Shown here: in pieces, positions 9,139 through 19,261 of the stretch
How positions within the stretch are numbered: position 1 is the stretch's first letter
Layout: each line of letters starts with the position of its first letter
Origin: Planctomycetota bacterium
GTDB lineage: Bacteria > Planctomycetota > UBA8108 > SXIK01
Assembly (NCBI GenBank): GCA_965223265.1
Contig: OZ244999.1
Location: forward strand, 2,272,001 to 2,336,000
Length of the DNA stretch: 64,000 bases
Direction of reading: 5' to 3'
Translations under genes and position numbers: made by a program
The notes under the pieces: model-generated
Seen by the model: the letters and a program-made list of their open reading frames with translations, nothing else
What the model was told of the DNA's origin: nothing
Database searches by the model: none

Positions 9139-10359
9139 GTGATGGTTGGTTCACCGCTGAAGGTCGCCGCTGTGTTCGGAACGCGGCCCGAGACGATCAA
9201 GATGTTTCCGGTCGTTCGCTCCTTGGAGGAGGCTCCAGAACTGGAGCCTCTCGTCGTACTCACGGGGCAGCACCGCGAGATGGTTGACGAAATCCTTGAG
9301 CCGCTGGGGCTGCAACCGACGCGCGATCTGGAGGTCATGCAGCCGGGTCAGTCGCTGAACGAGGTCGTCGCTCGCCTCCTGCCACTTCTTGACGAATGCT
9401 ACGCCGAACTAAGGCCGGACACTGTCCTTGTTCAAGGGGACACGTCGAGCGCGCTGGCCGCAGCACTTGCAGCTTTTCATCGGCAGATACCGGTCGCCCA
9501 CCTCGAAGCTGGTCTGCGCAGCTTCGACCGCGCCCACCCGTTTCCTGAAGAAGCGAACCGGCGCATGATTACTTCGCTCGCGTCACTTCACTTCGCGCCG
9601 ACGCCGACGAGCTCTGAGAACTTGCGTCGTGAGGGGGTTCCCGCTGATGACATCGTCGTCACAGGCAACACTTGCATCGATGGGCTTCAGGTTGCTCTCG
9701 AGCGTTGTGGAGACAAACCAAAGGCGGCAGATTTCGGCGAACCGCTTGTTTTGGTGACGCTGCACCGGCGAGAGAGTTGGTATTCGGGTGACAGCGGATC
9801 TTCGCCGCTCGAACGCGCGCTCGGGGCGATCGCGGGCGTGGCAAGATCGCGGCCCACGACGCGCTTTGTTCTTCCCGTCCACCGGAATCCGCGGGTGACG
9901 CAGATCGTGCATCGAGTTTTGGGCGAGTCGCCGAATGTGGAGCTTGTGGCGCCGCTACCGTATTTCGCATTCGTCGATCTCCTGAGCAGCGCCGCCGTCG
10001 TTGTTACTGACTCGGGTGGCATCCAGGAGGAAGCGCCGTCACTCGGAGTTCCTGTGGTCGTCGTGCGCGAGACGACAGAACGACCCGAAGGCTTACTGGT
10101 CGGCACGAATCATCTCGCCGGGCTTGATCCTCATCGCGTCGCGACTCTGCTCACGTCACTTCTTGACGACCGGAATCCCTGGGACGGAGAGCTGAGGTCG
10201 AGTCCGTTCGGGGATGGTCATGCCAGTGAACGAGTCCGAGCTGGGCTGCTTCACTTTTTCGACCGCGGGCCGAAGCCTTCTGACTTCTCGCCTGCAGAGG
10301 TGGAGTCGATCGGAGCGACACGAGAGCCGTTGCCTGCGGAGGGCTCTCCTCGCTACTGA
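9139..10359 (+). CDS. wecB: UDP-N-acetylglucosamine 2-epimerase (non-hydrolysing)
   Basis: 'FGTRPETIKM', 'TGQHREM', 'VQGDT', 'HLEAGLRS', 'PFPEE.NR', 'TDSGGIQEEAP', 'TERPE'. Confidence 0.95.
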   Translation: MMVGSPLKVAAVFGTRPETIKMFPVVRSLEEAPELEPLVVLTGQHREMVDEILEPLGLQPTRDLEVMQPGQSLNEVVARLLPLLDECYAELRPDTVLVQGDTSSALAAALAAFHRQIPVAHLEAGLRSFDRAHPFPEEANRRMITSLASLHFAPTPTSSENLRREGVPADDIVVTGNTCIDGLQVALERCGDKPKAADFGEPLVLVTLHRRESWYSGDSGSSPLERALGAIAGVARSRPTTRFVLPVHRNPRVTQIVHRVLGESPNVELVAPLPYFAFVDLLSSAAVVVTDSGGIQEEAPSLGVPVVVVRETTERPEGLLVGTNHLAGLDPHRVATLLTSLLDDRNPWDGELRSSPFGDGHASERVRAGLLHFFDRGPKPSDFSPAEVESIGATREPLPAEGSPRY

Positions 10360-10581
10360 ACGGGTCGCGAGTTGGGCCAGCGATTCGGCGCTTGGTGGCC
10401 GTGTACAGCGTGCTGATTTGGCTTGCGGCGCGCATTGGGAGACCAGACAATTCAGGCGCGGCGCTCGGAGCGTTATGCCACCCGCGGCGATTCCTCGTGA
10501 AATCGCTGGCAGCGGTGCGCGGCGCGACTTGCATGCGATCGGCGTTCTCGTGGTAGACGTCAGCTAGCGGAGGTAGACGAC

Positions 10582-13500
10582 ATGCCGATGCAGCGAACCG
10601 CGCTCGTGGTGTGGCTCGTGGTGTGTGGTGGCGGTTCGGACTGGTGCCGTGCAGCCGATTGCAACGCCAATGGGGTAGATGACCAGAGCGACCTGAGCAG
10701 TGAGTTTAGTGTCGACTGCAACCTCAACGGCATCCCTGATGACTGCGAAGTAGCACCGGTGCCGTTTCATGCACTCACGAGCGTGCCGTTCGATGAAAGC
10801 GCGCTTGGAGTTCTGGACGTCGTGGCGTCCGACGTGAACGGCGACAACATCATCGATTTGGTGACCGTTCAGCGCGGGACTCTGTCGCTTAGGCTCGGTC
10901 AGGAGGGGATGCGAGTCGAGAACTACGGCAGTCAGGAGTTCGAGGTTTCGTCGACTGCGTTTCATGCGCAGCTCGGAGACTTCAACTCCGACTCGAACAC
11001 CGATCTGGCGGTCTTTGATAGCTCTTCCGTACAGGTTTTCTCTGGCGATGGAGTCGGTGGGTTGCTACCGGGAGAGTCCATCGTGATCGGAGCGGAGCTT
11101 GGTTCGGGCGCCATAGGGGACATGAATGGTGATGCGCGGAGCGACGTGGTCGCGACTCTGCGCGGCGAAGGCGCTTTGGCGGTCTCTCTGAGCTCAGGAG
11201 CGGGTTTGGGCGTGCCGACGATCTACGCGAGTGGAGGCGATCTTCGCGGTCTCGCGCTCATTGACTTCGATGATGATGGTGCCCTCGACGTTGTCAGCGT
11301 CGACCGGGCTGCCGCCGTGATGGTGTTCCACCGGGGAGACGGCACGGGGCGCTTGGAGGCGGCTGGGCAGCAGCCACTTGCGTTCGAACGACCCGAGCGT
11401 CTTTTGGTCGCCGACGTCGACGGCGACGGTACGGACGATCTGCTCGCGGCAGGCCGACCCGGTGTCGAAGTCTTTCACCGTCAGGGCCCGGGACACTTCG
11501 TTTCCGCCGGGCTGCTTGTGGCCGACATGCAGAACAACACGGGAGTCACCACTCTCGATTACGACGGCGACGGCGACTTGGACCTCGTGGGCTCGTTCGT
11601 CCAGCCCCTTGCTGTCGGTGTGTTTGCAAACCGCGGCGACGGGACGTTCAACGCCGGGGTCCGTACTAACTTTGAAGGGAGGGTCTTTAGCGTTGAAAGT
11701 GCCGACATCGACTCTGATGAGCGCGTCGATGTTCTGCTTCTGTTCTTCGGGCAACCCATTGTGACGGTGCTGTGGAACGACGCCAGCCGCGACACCGGCT
11801 TGTCGTTCGATCCACCGATTGAGTATTCCACCGATGGCGATCCACACACTGTGACGATCGGTGACTTTGACGGCGACGCTGATCTGGATATTCTCACTGG
11901 AAACCAAGACGAGGGCTTGACGCTTCTTCGAGGGCGAGGAGATGGCACGTTCGAACCTCTCGCGGCGCAAGATCGTTACACGCGTGCGAACTACTTTTTT
12001 CTCGCGTCTGACGATTTTGATAGCGACGGCGACCTTGACATCGTAGGTGTTCCACGCAGTGGCATTGGTGTCGGGGTGGGGGCAGGCGAGGAGGGAACTC
12101 TTTTCTACGTCACGAATCAAGGCAACGGCTTGCTTGATCCACCGGTTCAGTTCGCCGTTGGCGCGAATCCGTTTCATATCGGGTTAGGGGATCTCGACGG
12201 GGACTTGAGAACCGATTTGGTAACGTCAAACGTTGCTGGAAACTCGATCTCCGTCCTCCGCAACCAGGGAGCGGGTCTGTTCGGTGAGCGGCAGGACATC
12301 AGCGTTGGCAACGGTCCAGTTGCGGCGGCGGTGGCTGATTTCGACCTGGACGGAATCGCCGATATTGTTGTTGCCAACGAAAACGCGGCTGAACTGTCGA
12401 TCATTCGTGGCCTCGGGGAGAATACCTACAGCGCCGCGCTCGCCCTGCCGCTACCGAGCGCACCCCGTTACGTTGAGGTCGCCGACTTCGATCAAGACGG
12501 ATACGTCGACGTCGTTGTCGCAAACAATGTGTCGAGCGTAACAACCGTCTGGAACGTCCTCGGGTCTCTTGTCCTCGGTGGCACGCATCCGGTGCATGAG
12601 CCGCCGTACTCGCTTTTGACGACGGATCTCAACGCTGACGGGTTGGCGGACCTCGTCACCGTATCTGAGGAGGGCAACAGCATGTCTATGCTGGTCAATG
12701 CCCAAACCCGCGAGTTCACGCTCAGCCGGATCTTCCCGATCGGCGCTGGACCAAGGTTTGCAGCCGCAGGGGATCTCGACGGCAATGGATTGAACGACGT
12801 CATCGGCGCGAATCGGAACGGACGCGACATCACCGTATTTCTAAACCGTTCGGCGTCGCGGCGAACGGTGGAGTTTCTAGAGCGGCTCTGTACGACGTCG
12901 GAGTTCTTCTCGTTGACGGTGCCGTCTCGTCGCGCCGTGCGTGTTGGTAAGTATATCTCCCCGGCCCGTGAGGATCCGGAGCTTCTGCCGACGATTTTTC
13001 AAAACGTAGCGCTGTTCGATCTCCACGAAGATTTTCTCGCGCAGGTGTTTCCCGATCGTTTTGGGGATGTGGTCAGCGATCGGGAGCTTTACAACGAACT
13101 GGTCGGTCGACGTGCGACTCGAGACTACTTTGTTGGCTCCATCTCGCTGCACGTAACCAGCGACGGCCCACTCTACGCCTTTTCGGTCTTCGCCGACACC
13201 GGCTTCGACTTTCGTGAGGAGTTGACGCAAGCAGAGGTGGAGAGCGTCTTCGCAACACTGAGCGAAAAGTTCCATCTGGGACCGTTGGCGTACCAACCGG
13301 CAGGGCAGACGGCTCGAGAGGCTGCAGCCGAATGGAACGGCGTACCGTTTCGGATCTTTGAATCAGACGGCGGCAGCGGATTCACATTTGAGCCCTACAC
13401 GATCGCGGTCGGCTACGGTCGTGTCCGTCTGTTCGACTTGGAGGCGTTCGAGGCGGCGAACCGAAGTGGACGGTTCACCTTTCAGGACATCCTGATTGTC

Positions 13501-16014
13501 GACCAAGCGCCGAGAGATGTGGAAGGCGTTGTCGGCGGTGTCATCACTGGGCAAGTTCAAGGCGAACTCAGTCATATTGCCGTGCGGACGGCGCGTCGTG
13601 GAACTCCGAATGCATTCGTCGACGGCGCGGTCGAACGATTCCGCGAGCTCGAAGGCGAGCTTGTGCGACTCGAGGTCACGGCTTCCGATTTCGCGGTGCA
13701 GGTCGTTGAGGCGGCGGAGGCTGAGGATTTCTGGTCTTTGCGTCGTCCGTCGCTCGCCGCCGATCCGGCCATCGACGCGGAATACGCGGCGCTCGACTCC
13801 TTGCGCGAGTTGGATCTTTCTGCTGCAGCGGTACCGGTGTCTCGATTCGGCGGGAAAGCGACCAATTTCGCGCGTCTGCAGCGCGTCTTGACAGGAGAAT
13901 TGGCGCGCTACGGAGAGGAGGGTTTCGCGGTCCCGATTCGGCACTACGTCGAGTTCATGCGGTCAAACACTCGCACCGTGGCAGGCCGAGAGGTGACCTA
14001 CGAGAGGTTTCTTCTCGACCTTTTCGGCTCGCCGGATTTCATCACCGATTCCGAAGCTCGATTCTCGGCTCTCGACGAGTTCCGAGATCATGCGCGTGCA
14101 AACGGTACCGTGGATGTGGAGCTGACTGCGGCGCTCGCTGAGCAGATCGTGGGAGTGTTCGGTGATTCGACCACGATGGTGCGCTTCCGATCGTCGTCGA
14201 ACGTCGAGGATCAGCTCGAGTTCAACGGCGCCGGCCTCTACGAGTCGACTTCCGTCTGCGCGCGAGACTCGATCGATACTGTCGTCCGGCAAGGCTCCCA
14301 CTGTGACCCGACGCGGACAAACGAGCGAACGATCGAGCGCGCCCTCAAGAAAGTGTGGACGAGCCTCTGGACGTTCCGAGCTTATGAGGAACGCAACTTC
14401 TTCCAGATCCCGCAAGATCTGGCAGGGATGGGCATTCTCGTCAGTCGCGCGTTTCTCGACGAAGCGGCGAACGGTGTCGCGTTCACCGGCAACCCGTCGA
14501 ACATAGACGACAAGAGATTCGTTGTCGCCGCGCAGATCGGCGAGGCGAGCGTCGTGAGTCCGGAGCCCGGCGAGCTCGTCGAAAGGAATCTCCTGGAACT
14601 TGCCGACGGGGAGGTCGTCCGAGTCATACGTAGCCGCCGCTCTTCGCTGGTTGAACCAGGCGAGCATGTACTTTCCGACGCTTTGCTGCGGGAGCTTGGT
14701 GGCCTCATGTGGCGCATCGAACGGGCGTTCCCACTCAGCTTGGAGGGGTACGATCCGCAGCAGGTGCTGCTCGATTTTGAGTTCAAGGTCGAATCCGACG
14801 GCTCGCTGGCCGTCAAGCAGGTACGACCGTTTTTGATCGCCTCGACAACTCCTCGAAAGCCGACCTTCGAACTTGAGATTCCCGCGGGAGCGGTAGCCTG
14901 CGCGGTGTTCAAGAAGGAACGAGATGGGCGTCCGCCAGCGGTCGAGTATGAGTTCAAGGCGACGGTGCGCTTCGTGCCAGGCACTCTCTTGCTCCCAGCG
15001 GGCCAAGGAGCGTTTGCGGCTGACGTTTTCGCGGAAGTCGTCTTCGGGCCTGCGATGGAGGTTGCGGCGCCACTTGAACCTGGGCGCTTCGAGGTGCAAG
15101 AGATCGGTGACGGGACCGAGACGATCTATCGTTTCAGCTTCCGGCAGGAGTTCGGGTTGTCGACTGGCGAGAAGTTCGCCCTGACTCTCTCGAACCTGAA
15201 CTATCGCGGCCGCGGCGAAGTACCGCTTGAACGTTCGCGGCTGATCGATGAAGACTTTTTCACCCTTGATCTCGAGCTCCTCGGGAGTCTTGACGGCGTC
15301 CCGGTGATGGGGTTCTCCTCGTGTCGCTACCCGACGTTGCCGCTTTTCGAGATTGTCGTGACGACGGAAGACGGCACACGCATTACGCTGACGGAGCGTT
15401 TTCTCGAAGAGCTGAGCGACTTCGAATCGGCGCCGGCAGCTCTCGTAGCCGCCGAGGTGAAGATCGGAGGCGACCATCGCAGCGTGACGGATTATTTTCG
15501 CCTAGTTTACAGTGCGCAGAGACACAATCAGGACGTCCGCTACTGGGTCGTGTTCGACTCTCTCGTGGACGCTGCAGGTTTGTCGCGGCCAGTGCACGCG
15601 GTCGAGGTGGAAGCACCCGACGACGTGCGCCCTGGCGAAGTGCCGGAGGAAGCGATTGTTTCGTACCTCGACGAGAACTTCGATGTCATCGCCCGTCCGC
15701 GGGTGCTCTCGTTCACGAAAGTACCGATTGATACAGCTGCGTCCGATTTTAGGCGTGGCGACAGCGACGAAAGCGGGACAGTCGATCTGAGTGATGCCCT
15801 TCACATTCTCAATTTTCTTTTTCGCCGTGGATCGAATCCCAACTGTTTGAAAAGCGCGGACGCCAACGATGACGGACGTCTCAACGTGACCGACGGTGTG
15901 GCTGTCCTGCGTCACCTTTTCGCCGCGGGAGCTTCACTTCCCGCACCGACGGACTGCGGCGGCGACAACACCTCAGACGACCTCAGCTGCGTAACGTACG
16001 GCAGCTGTCCTTGA
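10582..16014 (+). CDS. Secreted FG-GAP/VCBS repeat + PEP-utiliser His domain + PEP/pyruvate-binding ATP-grasp + dockerin-like protein (paralog 1)
   Basis: Signal peptide; 'DCNANG...DCNLNGIPDDCE'; many 'GDxDGDGxxD' repeats; 'GELSHIAVRTARRGTPN'; 'FGGKATN', 'RFRSSSNVED...GAGLYES', 'KKVWTSLW', 'DFEFK...VKQVRP'; C-terminal 'RRGDSDESGTVDLSDA...ADANDDGRLNVTDG'. Confidence 0.85.
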   Translation: MPMQRTALVVWLVVCGGGSDWCRAADCNANGVDDQSDLSSEFSVDCNLNGIPDDCEVAPVPFHALTSVPFDESALGVLDVVASDVNGDNIIDLVTVQRGTLSLRLGQEGMRVENYGSQEFEVSSTAFHAQLGDFNSDSNTDLAVFDSSSVQVFSGDGVGGLLPGESIVIGAELGSGAIGDMNGDARSDVVATLRGEGALAVSLSSGAGLGVPTIYASGGDLRGLALIDFDDDGALDVVSVDRAAAVMVFHRGDGTGRLEAAGQQPLAFERPERLLVADVDGDGTDDLLAAGRPGVEVFHRQGPGHFVSAGLLVADMQNNTGVTTLDYDGDGDLDLVGSFVQPLAVGVFANRGDGTFNAGVRTNFEGRVFSVESADIDSDERVDVLLLFFGQPIVTVLWNDASRDTGLSFDPPIEYSTDGDPHTVTIGDFDGDADLDILTGNQDEGLTLLRGRGDGTFEPLAAQDRYTRANYFFLASDDFDSDGDLDIVGVPRSGIGVGVGAGEEGTLFYVTNQGNGLLDPPVQFAVGANPFHIGLGDLDGDLRTDLVTSNVAGNSISVLRNQGAGLFGERQDISVGNGPVAAAVADFDLDGIADIVVANENAAELSIIRGLGENTYSAALALPLPSAPRYVEVADFDQDGYVDVVVANNVSSVTTVWNVLGSLVLGGTHPVHEPPYSLLTTDLNADGLADLVTVSEEGNSMSMLVNAQTREFTLSRIFPIGAGPRFAAAGDLDGNGLNDVIGANRNGRDITVFLNRSASRRTVEFLERLCTTSEFFSLTVPSRRAVRVGKYISPAREDPELLPTIFQNVALFDLHEDFLAQVFPDRFGDVVSDRELYNELVGRRATRDYFVGSISLHVTSDGPLYAFSVFADTGFDFREELTQAEVESVFATLSEKFHLGPLAYQPAGQTAREAAAEWNGVPFRIFESDGGSGFTFEPYTIAVGYGRVRLFDLEAFEAANRSGRFTFQDILIVDQAPRDVEGVVGGVITGQVQGELSHIAVRTARRGTPNAFVDGAVERFRELEGELVRLEVTASDFAVQVVEAAEAEDFWSLRRPSLAADPAIDAEYAALDSLRELDLSAAAVPVSRFGGKATNFARLQRVLTGELARYGEEGFAVPIRHYVEFMRSNTRTVAGREVTYERFLLDLFGSPDFITDSEARFSALDEFRDHARANGTVDVELTAALAEQIVGVFGDSTTMVRFRSSSNVEDQLEFNGAGLYESTSVCARDSIDTVVRQGSHCDPTRTNERTIERALKKVWTSLWTFRAYEERNFFQIPQDLAGMGILVSRAFLDEAANGVAFTGNPSNIDDKRFVVAAQIGEASVVSPEPGELVERNLLELADGEVVRVIRSRRSSLVEPGEHVLSDALLRELGGLMWRIERAFPLSLEGYDPQQVLLDFEFKVESDGSLAVKQVRPFLIASTTPRKPTFELEIPAGAVACAVFKKERDGRPPAVEYEFKATVRFVPGTLLLPAGQGAFAADVFAEVVFGPAMEVAAPLEPGRFEVQEIGDGTETIYRFSFRQEFGLSTGEKFALTLSNLNYRGRGEVPLERSRLIDEDFFTLDLELLGSLDGVPVMGFSSCRYPTLPLFEIVVTTEDGTRITLTERFLEELSDFESAPAALVAAEVKIGGDHRSVTDYFRLVYSAQRHNQDVRYWVVFDSLVDAAGLSRPVHAVEVEAPDDVRPGEVPEEAIVSYLDENFDVIARPRVLSFTKVPIDTAASDFRRGDSDESGTVDLSDALHILNFLFRRGSNPNCLKSADANDDGRLNVTDGVAVLRHLFAAGASLPAPTDCGGDNTSDDLSCVTYGSCP

Positions 16015-16037
16015 GGGTGGACGCTGGACGTCGTCGT

Positions 16038-16952
16038 TCACTGGTAGCCTTGATAGATCGTGACGCCTTTGCGTGCTGCATCGACAAGGCATTCCGTGAC
16101 GCGGCGAGCTGAAACCATATAGACAGACACGCCGTGGAATCGCCACTGCATCAGCTCCTGCGGCGACATGAGTCTTTGGAGCACGTCCATACGGCGCGGT
16201 GGCGTCGCTTCGGTCCCGGCTTTCAGCGTGTAGACGTGCTCGGCGCCATCGGTGTCGAGGATCTTAACCGACCTGCCGGGTAAAGAAGCATCCCCGAGAA
16301 CTCCGGGAACCGGAAACTCCTCGCCTAGTAGGCCTTCCGCTGTGTGTACTTGCGTCAGGCTACGAAAGTACTCGGTGCCAATCCCGACGATCACGGCGTC
16401 TTCCTCAGCCATGATTCCAAACGGCGTGCCCTCGCCGCAGTTCGTGTCGACGAGGTGATGGTCGCGGGTGAGGCGTTCGGCCGCCGGGCCCGAAGCGAGC
16501 ACGCTGTGGGTGGGATGGAGGCTCCGCTTGACGCCTTTGTGTCGCCTAAAGATTTCTGTCAGGAGCCCCATCTCGGATGGTGTCCGACGCGCATCAAAAA
16601 CCGGGTCGTCCATCGCCAGAACCCTTCCGTAGGAGAATCCTGGCATGGCGAGCGTGCGATCAGCTCCGCAGAGATCCTGGAGCGCACGGAGTAGATCGAA
16701 CGGACCTTGTTCGTACATCGGGAGTAGGTCGTTGTACGATGAGTGGACCATTAGAATGCTCCACTCTCTGCCCGCCAGCCGTTGCTCGAGTTCGCCGATC
16801 AGGTCGGCTGCCGTGAATGTGCCGTGGAGCCGTCGTATGATCGGCGCGAAACGGTGTTTGAGTGCGAGGATGTCGCTTTTGAGCTTCGTGCGTTTCTCTT
16901 GCGGCAACACCTGCCTGAGCGTGTGGTAGATCAAACGACGCACGACGTTCAC
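16038..16952 (-). CDS. AAC(3)/YokD-family acyltransferase
   Basis: 'ILMVHSS', 'TPSEMGLLTEIFR', 'RSLHPTHSV', 'GTPF', 'TQVHTAE'; GTGA overlap with the upstream fkbH-like gene. Confidence 0.85.
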   Translation of the reverse strand: MNVVRRLIYHTLRQVLPQEKRTKLKSDILALKHRFAPIIRRLHGTFTAADLIGELEQRLAGREWSILMVHSSYNDLLPMYEQGPFDLLRALQDLCGADRTLAMPGFSYGRVLAMDDPVFDARRTPSEMGLLTEIFRRHKGVKRSLHPTHSVLASGPAAERLTRDHHLVDTNCGEGTPFGIMAEEDAVIVGIGTEYFRSLTQVHTAEGLLGEEFPVPGVLGDASLPGRSVKILDTDGAEHVYTLKAGTEATPPRRMDVLQRLMSPQELMQWRFHGVSVYMVSARRVTECLVDAARKGVTIYQGYQ

Positions 16953-18628
16953 CCCTCCGATGCAGTCGTGAACGCGATCGCATTAGGCGCCGGGTATGCT
17001 GCATCGGTTTCCCAAGAAAATGTGCGGCCATCGCTACTATTGAATCCCGAGGTTTCGAGAAACCTGAGGCATGGGCGGTTCTTCTCGGTTTCTCGGTAGA
17101 CCGCAACGACCTTCTTGGCGTTCGCTTCGCGCGCAAACGAGACGGCCTCGTGCAGCATCGCGTTCTCCACGGTCCGGCCCATAACCCTGCACGATAGGAT
17201 GAAATCGACGACGTGCGCGACGTGGTCGCGCAACTCGACGCTGAGAATTCCAGTCAAGCCGTAGTCGCCGAACTTGTCAGAGACTCTAAAAGCCCACATC
17301 CGGCGGTTCGACTGGCTTTTCCACTCCGTCAACTCTGACTCGGTCATTCTTCGCGTCGACAAGTTCATTTGGTTCGTCTTATTGAGCAGCTGTGCGATGC
17401 GTGGGATATTCTCTGTCGTCGTCGACTCGATCGTCACAGAGATGTTGAGCGACTCGATCCACTCAGACACCGATGGCAGCTTCGCCTTCAATGCTTGTCG
17501 CTCTTGCTCCGTCGCGTACATCGTTGCGCGTGAGCGGTCTTCCTCAGTTAGGAGCGGTGGTGGGAAACAGTTGAGCTCTTCCAGCTTCGAGGAGTAAAGC
17601 AGTGGGCTGCTGGGCCAATCTGGGACGAGCACCTCTGGCAGTGCCTCGCGTACGCGCTCCCGTTGGCCGGGATCGTCGTCGATGAACACGGCGGACTGTA
17701 AACCGAGATTGAGTGACTCGGCGATCTCGCAGAGGTTTCTGGCCTTGTCCTCCCAGTTGATGCGCCAGGCGGAGAAATCGTCCCGACGAAGAATCATCTC
17801 GGGATGGCGGTCGATCGCCTGCAGAGCCGTTGGCTCCTCGTTCCTGCTGACGATCGCGAGCAGAACTCCCTTGTTCTTCAATGCCTTCAGCGATTGTTGG
17901 AAGCGAACAAACGCTTCACCCACGGCATCGTGCCCGCCGAGTGCTAGCGACTCCCAGCCGATGTCACCGACGACGCCACCCCAGAGAGTGTTGTCCAGGT
18001 CGACTACCACCAGCTTGCGATGGTTTCCGAGCAAGCCCTTGAGAATGTTTTTGATCTCGAGCGCGGCATGTTGAAACACGGCGACCGAATAGGGGATTTT
18101 CGATAGGAACCAGTGGGACGGGCTGAATGCCCGCACCCCGGACATGCTGACCCAGCGTTCCGCGTTGACGACATAGAAGTGGCGCTTTTCTGCCAGGTTC
18201 GCCGCCAGACGTAGGTTCATTTGCATGAGAACGTTCGAGCGTCCGAGGCCGGGGGTCATGTCGGCGAGTCCCCACCCCTGGTGGGACGGAGATTCGACCC
18301 AGGTGGGAACGATGACGCACGGCGAAGGGATCTGAAGAAGTGCAGCACAGTACGCATCAACTTCCCCAAGAAGCTTGTCGATCGGCACGTTCTCGAAGGC
18401 GAGAAACCGGCCAAACGATTCGATCACCTCGGACGCCTGCGTCCAAACGACCGTCGCGAATGGGTTGTCTTGCCAATGCGGTGCGTTACGATCCGCGATC
18501 GACGCAATGACGTTGCCGAACGGTGCCGAGTCGACTTCCACTCGCGGCGCATCGTTCTCCTTCGTCAACAGCGCGGCGAAGTTCGCCGGGTTGAAGCTCG
18601 AGATCAAGAGAACTCTGCGCTTCTCCAC
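16949..18628 (-). CDS. FkbH-like HAD-IIIC glyceryl-transferase/phosphatase with C-terminal GNAT-like domain
   Basis: 'VVDLDNTLWGGVVG', 'INWEDKA.NL', 'VFIDD', 'QLLNKTNQMNL', 'DKFGDYG', 'LSCRVMGR'. Start chosen at GTG 18628 with SD. Confidence 0.93.
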   Translation of the reverse strand: MEKRRVLLISSFNPANFAALLTKENDAPRVEVDSAPFGNVIASIADRNAPHWQDNPFATVVWTQASEVIESFGRFLAFENVPIDKLLGEVDAYCAALLQIPSPCVIVPTWVESPSHQGWGLADMTPGLGRSNVLMQMNLRLAANLAEKRHFYVVNAERWVSMSGVRAFSPSHWFLSKIPYSVAVFQHAALEIKNILKGLLGNHRKLVVVDLDNTLWGGVVGDIGWESLALGGHDAVGEAFVRFQQSLKALKNKGVLLAIVSRNEEPTALQAIDRHPEMILRRDDFSAWRINWEDKARNLCEIAESLNLGLQSAVFIDDDPGQRERVREALPEVLVPDWPSSPLLYSSKLEELNCFPPPLLTEEDRSRATMYATEQERQALKAKLPSVSEWIESLNISVTIESTTTENIPRIAQLLNKTNQMNLSTRRMTESELTEWKSQSNRRMWAFRVSDKFGDYGLTGILSVELRDHVAHVVDFILSCRVMGRTVENAMLHEAVSFAREANAKKVVAVYRETEKNRPCLRFLETSGFNSSDGRTFSWETDAAYPAPNAIAFTTASEG

Positions 18629-18820
18629 CGAATCGTTGCTCCACCGGTTCCGCCGCCGCCGAATTGAAGGAAACGTGCGTACGTTCGACAAGGATCCGAA
18701 TGATAGCAGAGGAGTCTGAGACGGTCAAGAAACCCAGAACTGGCGCCTCGATAGGATGACTTGGGTGAACTGTTCGTTCTCTCCGGTGCACCTCAATCTC
18801 CGTTGAGCCTCACCCGTTCG

Positions 18821-18848
18821 TTGACAGCATCTGTGAGGTCGATAGAAT
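18821..18848 (+). promoter_or_regulatory. Sigma70-type promoter upstream of the ACP gene
   Basis: TTGACA-N16-TAGAAT. Confidence 0.65.
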
Positions 18849-18901
18849 CGTGCGGTCGGTGTCGAGGGGCGGGATCTCGAAGCGCCACGAGGTAGGATTC
18901 C

Positions 18902-19210
18902 ATGCCAGCGGTTGACCGGAGCCGGCTTCTTGACGTCGTCTACGACGCGATTGACGAGGTGAACTCGCTCCGCGAGGCTTCACAACAGATTGAGAAGAGC
19001 GAAAACGTTCGGCTCTATGGGCAGGCCGGTGCGTTGGATTCGCTGGCGCTCGTCAACTTAGTCGTTGCGCTTGAGCAGGGAATTGACGACGCATTTGGGG
19101 TCGGCGTGTCTCTCGTCACCGAGGAGACGATGTCGCCGACAGAAAGTCCGTTTCGTACGGTGAAGCAGCTCGTCGACTATCTCGAGCCCTTGATCAGTGG
19201 CGCCTCATGA
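18902..19210 (+). CDS. Acyl carrier protein
   Basis: Acidic 102-aa protein with phosphopantetheine-site motif 'GALDSLALVNLVVALE' and 'FRTVKQLVDY'. Confidence 0.85.
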   Translation: MPAVDRSRLLDVVYDAIDEVNSLREASQQIEKSENVRLYGQAGALDSLALVNLVVALEQGIDDAFGVGVSLVTEETMSPTESPFRTVKQLVDYLEPLISGAS

Positions 19211-19261
19211 CGGCGGCTCTCCATTCGCCGAAGTGACCTGGCGGTCTCGCCGGTGTTTTGT

